A model generated the notes under the pieces. The model was given only the letters and a program-made list of their open reading frames with translations. It ran no database searches and was not told where the DNA came from. A program made the position numbers and the translations under genes. From Candidatus Thorarchaeota archaeon (lineage in GTDB: Archaea > Asgardarchaeota > Thorarchaeia > Thorarchaeales > Thorarchaeaceae), in contig PRDJ01000060.1 of the NCBI GenBank assembly GCA_003345555.1, positions 1 to 10,202 of the forward strand: a stretch of 10,202 bases of DNA, in the 5' to 3' direction. Positions 1 through 6,380 of this stretch are shown in pieces. Numbering within the stretch: the stretch's first letter is position 1; every line of letters begins with the position of its first letter.

Positions 1-982
1 TGCTCAAGTACTCAAGGTAGGCAGGTCTGGGAGGCAGTAGTGAGAGCAAATTGGTGGCGAGGATTCGCTGAAGGTCGTCAGCAGACGCGGCTAGGTTGCG
101 ACTCAAGAGAAAGCTGAGCACTTCGGAGATACTATCGCCGGTGTGAGTTTCAGGATAGGCACTGCCGAAGACTAGTTTGCTGGACCAGGGGGCGGCACCT
201 GTGGTGTTTCGAAGAAATGATACCACAGTCGACAGTAACCCTATTGTTGCCCCGCATGTGAGTAGCTTCGCACCCGGAATTTCAACCAACTTCGTTATTC
301 CAGAGCCCCAATCTTTGTAGCTTCTTACAGAAAGCAACAGGTTCGGACTATTGGTCTTGGCATTCTTCAGCTGTATCAACCATTTCATCAAGATGTCCAG
401 ATCGTCAGGCCCGTCAAGCTCTACGAACGTCGGTAGCCCGGATTCAACGTATCTGCGAGCCATCGAGCCGCGTGGGGTGCTCTCCAGTTTCTCCAAGTCC
501 GCCGGATTGAGAACAACCCCCCATCCTGGCATGCCCGTTCGGCCGTGACGCATATCTTGGAGGGAATAGAACCTAGGACTGTGAGGCAGCTGCTCAGACC
601 ATCTCTGGGTCGATTCGATATTCTTGCTCTGTTGTTGTTCAGACAGTTGCTGTCCGCCGATGGCAATCAGGGGTCTCGAGAAGAACAGATCTACGAACCA
701 GCTTGCGTTGGAGGGGTCAAGGCCGCTTGAATGAATCTCAGTCAGGATGGGAGGACGTTTCAAGTAGGCGTAAGCTCTGCGGGGGAGATATCTGAACGCT
801 CCTGGATATGTCGAAGCCAAGTCGTAGAGCTGGCCCTCGACCCTACCATAGTAAGACAACAATCTACTCGGGTCAAATGAGCGAGCTTCAACCCCTGCCC
901 TGACTGATCCGAGCTGAACGAATGAGTCGACCATAAACAAGGGTTTGATTTCCTTGTTCTCGATGTCCTCGACGACTATCAT
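1..982 (-). CDS. Amidohydrolase-fold (Amidohydro_2-like TIM barrel) protein with degenerate metal site; paralog of 1148..2662; partial, runs off the left edge (>=327 aa)
   Basis: Manual translation: open frame from ATG at 982 (in-frame TGA just upstream, GGAG at 995-992) to base 1 with no stop. Sequence: MIVVEDIENKEIKPLFMVDSFVQLG...LLSYYG...SWFVDLFFSRP...RWSEQLPHSPRFY...PWSSKLVFGSAYPE...LLSRNLAASADDLQRILATNLLSLL. These blocks are collinear with the plus-strand amidohydrolase. Not in the ORF track. Confidence 0.88.
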   Translation of the reverse strand, partial: MIVVEDIENKEIKPLFMVDSFVQLGSVRAGVEARSFDPSRLLSYYGRVEGQLYDLASTYPGAFRYLPRRAYAYLKRPPILTEIHSSGLDPSNASWFVDLFFSRPLIAIGGQQLSEQQQSKNIESTQRWSEQLPHSPRFYSLQDMRHGRTGMPGWGVVLNPADLEKLESTPRGSMARRYVESGLPTFVELDGPDDLDILMKWLIQLKNAKTNSPNLLLSVRSYKDWGSGITKLVEIPGAKLLTCGATIGLLSTVVSFLRNTTGAAPWSSKLVFGSAYPETHTGDSISEVLSFLLSRNLAASADDLQRILATNLLSLLPPRPAYLEYLS

Positions 983-1027
983 TCATTCAAGCTCCACGTT
1001 GGCCCTTGGCATCCTTCACTGCGCCAA

Positions 1028-1040
1028 CCGATATATGCCT
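1028..1040 (-). promoter_or_regulatory. Putative TATA-like box (ATATAT, 1036-1031) for the minus-strand paralog
   Basis: The only clearly AT-rich hexamer at a suitable distance (~36 nt) upstream of the GGAG motif (995-992) that precedes ATG 982. Confidence 0.35.
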
Positions 1041-1095
1041 AATGCAGAGTACTACTCAGTCGAGTATCCTTACGTAGACGGAACTACTACGAGGA

Positions 1096-1111
1096 TGAAA
1101 TGGTTTATCAC
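1096..1111 (+). promoter_or_regulatory. Putative archaeal BRE/TATA promoter (TGAAATGGTTTATCAC) of the amidohydrolase
   Basis: Purine-rich GAAA followed by TTTATCA, upstream of GGAG (1134-1137) and ATG 1148. 14/16 identical to 2668-2683. Confidence 0.55.
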
Positions 1112-1147
1112 GAATCCTAACATCAGGTTAGACGGAGAAGAGTGCAG

Positions 1148-2662
1148 ATGCTCGTTGTTCGCTCGGTTGAGGATCAACCAGCACATGGCTTGAAGAAAGG
1201 CGACTTGCTGCGCTTCTACATTGTCGACGCACATCATCACATGGGACGTGAGGGCAGCCATCAGAATACTCCCGCCGGAGCCTACTCTTACTATTCCCTT
1301 CTTTGGTTCGAATTGCGGCGAATGGCCAAGGAACGTTTGGAGAAAGATGAGCTCCTGTATGAGCCTGTGGATATCGAGCCGCCTCACACAGCTTCGAAAT
1401 GCTTCAATATCAGAAACAGCTGGGCCGAGATGAATCGCGGCTGGCTTGTTGACAGAACAATCGTGTTTCCATTCTCGGATGACTATGCCAAGAGCGACAA
1501 CAAGCTCGTGGCTTCGTTCAAGCTCTCGAATGATAGAATCGCCAGATGGACTACAAGGTCCCCTCATTCAACGCGGTTGATTGGTTTTGCACGCGTCGAC
1601 CCTACGGATGCCAGAACTATCGGTGCCGACTGCGCAGTCCGGGAGTTGCATAGAGCAGTCACCTTGCTTGGATTACGTGGCCTCAAGCTTCACCCGCTGG
1701 CCCAGCTGTTCCTTGACGATATTGAAGACGACATAACAAGACGGGTCGTGAAAAAAGCCGGTGAGTTGCACGTGCCGATTGTATTCGACACTAGGAACAT
1801 CCGGACAGTCCGGAGAATAAAGAACCTAATCGACGGAATGCGCTCAGACAAGTCGTGCGCCAACAGTATAACCGGAACTCGCATCGTATTGGCGCATTCA
1901 GCCATGACTCCGGGTGACACCTTTCTCCACGACACCCTCATGGATCCCGTATTCTGCACTGAGACTTCAGGTCTTCACGGTCAGGACTTGCCTGTGCTAA
2001 TGAAGGCTGCACAAGAACGAGACACACCTCCCGGAAACCAGTGGTCTAGCAGGATTCTCTTTGGAACTGACTATAGCTACTTCTCTTTGCACGCGGCTGA
2101 CACCATCCTGCACCTGCTATCAAGGGATTTTATTGGAGGTCCATCAGACATACAAAGAATCCTTGGGGAAAACGCGCTTTTGTTGGCGCAGAAGGTTTTT
2201 GTCACGCGTGGTCCAAGTCGCCGACGCCCAAGGCAGGTGGCCTTCAGGGACGATAGGAACCAAGGTCTTGATGGTTTCGAGAATCTTCTCTTTTCGCTTG
2301 TAAGAGATGAGCACTGGGATGTCTCCTCCCTCGATCTCATTATTCCCTCGCAGCGGGTCCTAACGAGCTCTAATGTGTCTCTCATGACCAAGACAATCGG
2401 TGTCGATACGGACTCGTATGTCTTGACGCTAAGGTCAAGGTCTGAGGGGGAGGAGGTACACGTTTGGGTTCGACGGCGCTCCGACAGACTGCTCACTTTC
2501 GCGGTAACAAGTGGCTACAATACTCGAGGAATAGGAGGATCCGAACTTGGCCTTCCTGAATCTGAGTCTCTCCTGCTAAAGGCTCTTGACGAACACACGA
2601 TATATGCGGATTCCTCTGATGCTCTCTCACAAGAAGTGCTGGAGACTCTAGGAACACAATAG
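1148..2662 (+). CDS. Metal-dependent amidohydrolase (Amidohydro_2-like) with ~155-aa C-terminal extension
   Basis: Motifs IVDAHHH (DAHHH at 1226-1240), GFARVDP, GLRGLKLHP (KLHP at 1685-1696), VLAH (H at 1895), ILFGTDY (D at 2069) and IQRILGENA. ATG 1148 is preferred over GTG 1142 because of GGAG spacing and because the MLVV start matches the paralog's MIVV. Confidence 0.9.
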   Translation: MLVVRSVEDQPAHGLKKGDLLRFYIVDAHHHMGREGSHQNTPAGAYSYYSLLWFELRRMAKERLEKDELLYEPVDIEPPHTASKCFNIRNSWAEMNRGWLVDRTIVFPFSDDYAKSDNKLVASFKLSNDRIARWTTRSPHSTRLIGFARVDPTDARTIGADCAVRELHRAVTLLGLRGLKLHPLAQLFLDDIEDDITRRVVKKAGELHVPIVFDTRNIRTVRRIKNLIDGMRSDKSCANSITGTRIVLAHSAMTPGDTFLHDTLMDPVFCTETSGLHGQDLPVLMKAAQERDTPPGNQWSSRILFGTDYSYFSLHAADTILHLLSRDFIGGPSDIQRILGENALLLAQKVFVTRGPSRRRPRQVAFRDDRNQGLDGFENLLFSLVRDEHWDVSSLDLIIPSQRVLTSSNVSLMTKTIGVDTDSYVLTLRSRSEGEEVHVWVRRRSDRLLTFAVTSGYNTRGIGGSELGLPESESLLLKALDEHTIYADSSDALSQEVLETLGTQ

Positions 2663-2667
2663 CGGCG

Positions 2668-2720
2668 TGAAATTGTTTATAACACTAGGCTCTGACCAAG
2701 CGTCATCATATCGGCGGAGG
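2668..2720 (+). promoter_or_regulatory. Putative BRE/TATA promoter (TGAAATTGTTTATAAC) plus GGAGG SD for the vWA gene
   Basis: TTTATAA at 2676-2682 preceded by GAAA; GGAGG at 2716-2720. Confidence 0.6.
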
Positions 2721-2746
2721 AACATCGTATCGTCAAGAAACTGGCC

Positions 2747-4018
2747 TTGGAAATCGTTGATGGCGGAGAACTCAAGGGATATGCGAGCCTTCATCCCAAG
2801 ACTGCCGAGAGTCTGAAAGCGGATATCGGTTCCATTGTGCTGTTCGAGGACCCTGAGAGCGGCTTCTGGGGCGCCGCTGAGATTCGAAAGAGTCCCGATG
2901 TTCCTCAAAACAAGATGGTTGTAGATAGCCTGGTGTTAGAAGCCTCTCTGCTGATGGAAGGCGACAGGGTTGACGTAACACTCTATGAGAGACCAATGAC
3001 AGCACTAGACTATGTTGAATTCGGGCTGAAGCCACTGACGGAGGATGCCAATACCGAGGACTTGGTGACGCGCGCCGCGGAGAGTGTATCCTCGCTTGAG
3101 AAGCTCATTGGGGGGCGCCTCGTCTACCCCGGAATGTCGTTCAACTGGCCCGACTTGGGAGTCAAGGTTGAGATACTGAACACGAGACCTGCTCTTACGG
3201 GCAGGAGTTTCGCGAAGCTGGCCTTTGAAGCATTGAGGGCTAAGACCGGTTATCAGTTCAAGACCGTGGGAATATCGACACCCTTCAATGCGATTCTCTG
3301 CATAGACACGAGTGGCTCGATGAAAACGGGCGACGTACCTGTGAAAGATGTCGCACATGCAAGGGAAGGTCTGAAGGATTTGGCTGGCGACAATCCTGAC
3401 GTTCAAGCATTTCTTGACCGATTTGAGGAGGGTACGAACGTCACTCGTGCAGAAGCTGCAGCCATGGCTGTGTTGTTATATCTGGCAGAGAAGGTTGGAC
3501 GGGGTTATGGTGAGAAAGTTGCCGTGATTACTTTCGAAAGGGATGTCAGTGAAATGACGTTCATGGACCCTGACACGGGTGACGTGCGGCCTTATGTTGA
3601 GTGCACGGGCAAGAACAAGGCAATAGGTCTGCAAGTGATTAGCACACACGTCATCGATAAGGTGGAAGAGGGCGGCACGCTGACGAACATGGGCGATGCG
3701 CTGATGAAGGCTGGCGAGATACTGGATGCTTTTGGTGATCCGAGGAAACCAACTATGCTGATTATGCTGACTGACGGGATGACTACTACCGGGCCTCCAC
3801 CATTGAAGGTCTTAAAAGAAAGATTCTCCGGCCACAGGAAGCTTGTCATGTATTGCATTGGCTTGGGTGAGCGGAACGAGATTGATGAAGAGCTTATGCT
3901 CGCAATGGCTGAGTACGGTAACGGCACTTACAGGCATGTAGACAACATGAGAGATCTTCTTGAGTGGTACGGCCGACTGGCGAGCGAGTTTGCAGTCGTC
4001 ATACGTGGCAGAGAGTGA
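2747..4018 (+). CDS. Cdc48/VAT-like N-domain fused to a von Willebrand factor A domain with intact MIDAS; no ATPase domain (start may lie upstream, near 2729)
   Basis: N-terminal GYASLHPKTAESLKADIGSIV, NKMVVDSLVLEASLLMEGDRVDV, LIGGRLVYPGMSF and VEILNTRP follow the double-psi barrel plus beta-clam pattern of Cdc48 N-domains. vWA motifs: AILCIDTSGSM (DTSGS at 3305-3319), TNMGDAL, LIMLTDG (D at 3773), MYCIGLG, DEELMLAMAEYGNGTYRHV. No Walker A motif. Confidence 0.85.
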   Translation: MEIVDGGELKGYASLHPKTAESLKADIGSIVLFEDPESGFWGAAEIRKSPDVPQNKMVVDSLVLEASLLMEGDRVDVTLYERPMTALDYVEFGLKPLTEDANTEDLVTRAAESVSSLEKLIGGRLVYPGMSFNWPDLGVKVEILNTRPALTGRSFAKLAFEALRAKTGYQFKTVGISTPFNAILCIDTSGSMKTGDVPVKDVAHAREGLKDLAGDNPDVQAFLDRFEEGTNVTRAEAAAMAVLLYLAEKVGRGYGEKVAVITFERDVSEMTFMDPDTGDVRPYVECTGKNKAIGLQVISTHVIDKVEEGGTLTNMGDALMKAGEILDAFGDPRKPTMLIMLTDGMTTTGPPPLKVLKERFSGHRKLVMYCIGLGERNEIDEELMLAMAEYGNGTYRHVDNMRDLLEWYGRLASEFAVVIRGRE

Positions 4019-4021
4019 TGT

Positions 4022-5260
4022 CTATTCCCTGGGCTTGAGCGCCTCAGTCAGGTTCTTGAGTGTCTCTATGTCCATATCACGTATCTGTTCAGGCGGGAGG
4101 CCCTCCAGCATATGGGGCGGCACTTGAATGAGCAGGTCTGCTTTCGCTTCCCCGTATGCGTTCGCAAGTTCCTTCCATCGCATGTCAGACTGCCCCGGTT
4201 TCAATGTTGGCGCCATCTTCCCAGCGGCAGATTTTGGTTCTTTGCCGCCTTCAGCTCGGAGTGCTTCTGCACCGGTCTCTGCTTCGGTTTCTTCTTGCCC
4301 AGCCGAGGTGCCTACCAGAGCTTCAAGTTCTTCCTTGGTGAGGGTGTCCATTATCTCTGGTGAAACCTCCTCCTTCACTTCCTCGGGCAGACTGTCAATC
4401 AACTCCTCTCTCGTCTGTCCCACCGCAACTTTCCGCACCTTCTTAACTCTGCGGACCTTGATTGGCTTTTTCTTGGCCTCCGCTTCAGCTGATGCCGGAA
4501 ATGAGGCTTTCAAGGAGTCCACCAGTTCCCTCGCCGTGGTCACGTTGAGACGTCTCAAGTCTTCTACAGGTAGTGTGGCTCTAATCTCGTCTGGTAGCTC
4601 TGCTAGAATGCCCTCAACTCCGGGAGATAGTCCCGCGCCTCTCGCTACCGTGGGCGCTTCGACGAGCTTGGCCTTGATACCTTTTCGTTCTTCAGTTAGT
4701 ATGATTGGTTTTCCTTCGAGTTCTTCAACCATTCTTCTCGTATCGATTTCGACATTGAACTTAGCTTCGCTCCATGTAGTGAATCGGTCTATTGCTTCTG
4801 GCTGAACCCCTAGGTCAGTGAGGAAGACATTGACATCATCCTCGCTCATCTCCGGTAGGCCCGAAATCAACAGATCGATGTCCTTGCTGGGCACCCGAGC
4901 CCAAGTCGGACCAGGAAGCAGCTTAGATAGTCCGACGGCACAGTGCGATCGAACCCATGTGTTGGAATCCTTTAGGCCCTTGAGGAGATCCGGAATCGTT
5001 CGCGGCTGACTGTACCAAGCAAGGAGCTGGGCGGCTGCGATTCTCACGTCGGAATCCTCATCGGTCAGAGTCTTGGACGCGTCCGTCACGATGTGCGGGT
5101 CTCCGAGTTCGATTGAGGCAACCAGTGCTCTCTCTCTAACAATCTCGGATGAATCGGAAAAGGCCTGAATGAGTGAAGCTCGTACCTTCGAATTCTCCTT
5201 GGCCAGTCGAGCCACTTCATCGGTCTCGAAATCCAATAATAGCCGCCGTGTTTCTGACAA
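4022..5260 (-). CDS. HEAT/PBS-lyase-repeat protein with acidic, low-complexity C-terminal half containing three helical LP repeats
   Basis: Three HEAT-like units (LIQAFSDSSEIVRERALVAS; ASKTLTDEDSDVRIAAAQLL; LLKGLKDSNTWVRSHCAVGL). TTG start preceded by GGAGCG at ~9 nt. Confidence 0.85.
   Translation of the reverse strand: MSETRRLLLDFETDEVARLAKENSKVRASLIQAFSDSSEIVRERALVASIELGDPHIVTDASKTLTDEDSDVRIAAAQLLAWYSQPRTIPDLLKGLKDSNTWVRSHCAVGLSKLLPGPTWARVPSKDIDLLISGLPEMSEDDVNVFLTDLGVQPEAIDRFTTWSEAKFNVEIDTRRMVEELEGKPIILTEERKGIKAKLVEAPTVARGAGLSPGVEGILAELPDEIRATLPVEDLRRLNVTTARELVDSLKASFPASAEAEAKKKPIKVRRVKKVRKVAVGQTREELIDSLPEEVKEEVSPEIMDTLTKEELEALVGTSAGQEETEAETGAEALRAEGGKEPKSAAGKMAPTLKPGQSDMRWKELANAYGEAKADLLIQVPPHMLEGLPPEQIRDMDIETLKNLTEALKPRE
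4037..4609 (-). repeat. Three dispersed ~33-aa protein repeats (aa 218-250, 287-319, 376-408) in the HEAT protein
   Basis: ILAELPDEIRATLPVEDLRRLNVTTARELVDSL / LIDSLPEEVKEEVSPEIMDTLTKEELEALVGTS / LLIQVPPHMLEGLPPEQIRDMDIETLKNLTEAL align without gaps. Confidence 0.7.
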
Positions 5261-5354
5261 ACAGACTCGCTCCTTTGAGTTCTGACAGCACCGTGGTAGC
5301 GGTCTTACATCTCTCCGAGTGATATGGAGGTTTTCAGTTCTATTCGGTATTCCG

Positions 5355-5373
5355 GCTGCTTAAATGAGTTCGC
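5355..5373 (-). promoter_or_regulatory. Possible BRE/TATA (GCGAACTCATTTAAG) for the HEAT gene
   Basis: TTTAAG preceded by GCGAA on the minus strand, ~100 nt upstream of TTG 5260; implies a leader of ~70 nt. Confidence 0.3.
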
Positions 5374-5507
5374 CATATGTACCCAGCGCAAGCAGGACTA
5401 ACACTGGTTCATTGACCGACACAGCCGCGGACGCATCACGATGCATGGTTCCAAGTTCAGGTTGAGGTGTGGCTCCCCATATACTGTCGTGAGTCAATAG
5501 GGCGAGG

Positions 5508-5514
5508 TTTATGA
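5508..5514 (+). promoter_or_regulatory. Possible TATA box (TTTATGA) for a leaderless CPBP transcript
   Basis: Lies ~24-30 nt upstream of ATG 5538, which has no SD motif. Confidence 0.35.
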
Positions 5515-5537
5515 GCAGCCTCCGGTGACCACCAAGT

Positions 5538-6350
5538 ATGGGCGAAGGCAGAAGCATCGCACTCGTTAGGGTTGTGTTGTTCTCCTTGGTTATGCTTCTT
5601 GCTGTTGAGCTTTCTCCACTGGTTGCGGCAGCACTATACGGTTCTGACATGTACGACGTAGCCAACACCCTACTATTCTTCGGGACCTTTGTCTTGATGT
5701 ACTTTGCAGCAGTGATTTTCGTACGATGGGAGGGTGGCAGGTCTGTAACTGAACTGGGTCTGACCATCGGCTCGAGGACCAATCTCATGTTGACTGTTGG
5801 TGCGGTGTCCGGCATGGTGGCCGCGGGATTCGTGGTCCTCATCGCGTTGCTGTTTGGTGGGCAACTGCGTCCAGCGTCTGAAATCACCAGTGACCTATTG
5901 GTCGGCGAAGTCATCATCACAATCCCTGTAGCAGTATTCGAGGAGCTCTGCTATCGGGGCTATTTGATGTCACGAATGACAGACTTGTGGGGTCTGCCAA
6001 CAGGCATTATCATCAGTTCGCTGGTGTTCTCACTACTTCACTTCAATTGGTGGCTTCCCCTAGGTTTTGTCCCATATCATCTTGTGGCAATCTTCACTTT
6101 CAACATGTTTCTCGGCGGCATCGTCTTGGGCCTGAGCTACCATCTTTCTGGAAACAAGCTATGGGCTCCGATCGCATTCCATTTTGTCTGGAACATTATT
6201 GCTTACATACTGTTTCCTGTGTATCCTAGTGTGCCGGTGGTCGCCCCTGAACTGTTCCAGATTGAGTGGGGTCTCTCAACAATGCCTGGATTCTTGCTAG
6301 GTCTACTGGTCTTGCTTGTGTTCTTGAGAGGAAGGGTAGAAAAGAAGTGA
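5538..6350 (+). CDS. CPBP family (CAAX protease/Abi, type II) intramembrane glutamic/metalloprotease
   Basis: Multiple TM segments plus the three family motifs FEELCYRGY (EExxxR), FSLLH (FxxxH) and IAFHFVWN (HxxxN). Confidence 0.92.
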   Translation: MGEGRSIALVRVVLFSLVMLLAVELSPLVAAALYGSDMYDVANTLLFFGTFVLMYFAAVIFVRWEGGRSVTELGLTIGSRTNLMLTVGAVSGMVAAGFVVLIALLFGGQLRPASEITSDLLVGEVIITIPVAVFEELCYRGYLMSRMTDLWGLPTGIIISSLVFSLLHFNWWLPLGFVPYHLVAIFTFNMFLGGIVLGLSYHLSGNKLWAPIAFHFVWNIIAYILFPVYPSVPVVAPELFQIEWGLSTMPGFLLGLLVLLVFLRGRVEKK

Positions 6351-6352
6351 GT

Positions 6353-6373
6353 GAGCCGACGCTCAGTCGGCTC
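6353..6373. terminator. GC-rich hairpin between convergent CPBP and NfeD genes (possible bidirectional terminator)
   Basis: Perfect 8-bp stem GAGCCGAC / GTCGGCTC with 5-nt loop, filling the 30-nt gap between two stop codons. No U-tract. Confidence 0.5.
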
Positions 6374-6380
6374 GACCCTA

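Noticed and set aside
351-730. Short ORFs 351..548 (+), 421..666 (-) and 545..730 (+) in the track
   Set aside because: All overlap the long minus-strand amidohydrolase-paralog frame (982->1), which has clear homology support; they are shadows.
1047-1057. Inverted repeat GAGTA-C-TACTC in the divergent promoter region
   Set aside because: Only 5-bp arms, which is expected by chance; no second copy was found.
2660-2746. Amidohydrolase and vWA genes are in the same frame, separated by TAG (2660) and TGA (2693): possible Pyl/Sec read-through fusion
   Set aside because: Two different stops would need suppression, and the gap contains its own TATA box and SD motif. Same frame occurs by chance one time in three.
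4128-4805. 225-aa Ser-rich plus-strand ORF
   Set aside because: Antisense shadow of the Glu/Ala/Lys-rich HEAT gene, with no independent protein features.
5261-5537. 277-bp intergenic gap examined for a tRNA, ncRNA or small ORF (25-codon ORF from ~5324)
   Set aside because: No cloverleaf or known RNA motif, and the small ORF has no SD motif or recognisable features. Two divergent promoters can explain the space.
5360-5920. 186-aa minus-strand ORF overlapping the CPBP gene
   Set aside because: Antisense to a motif-supported gene; the Thr/Asn/Lys-rich composition is the expected mirror of hydrophobic codons.
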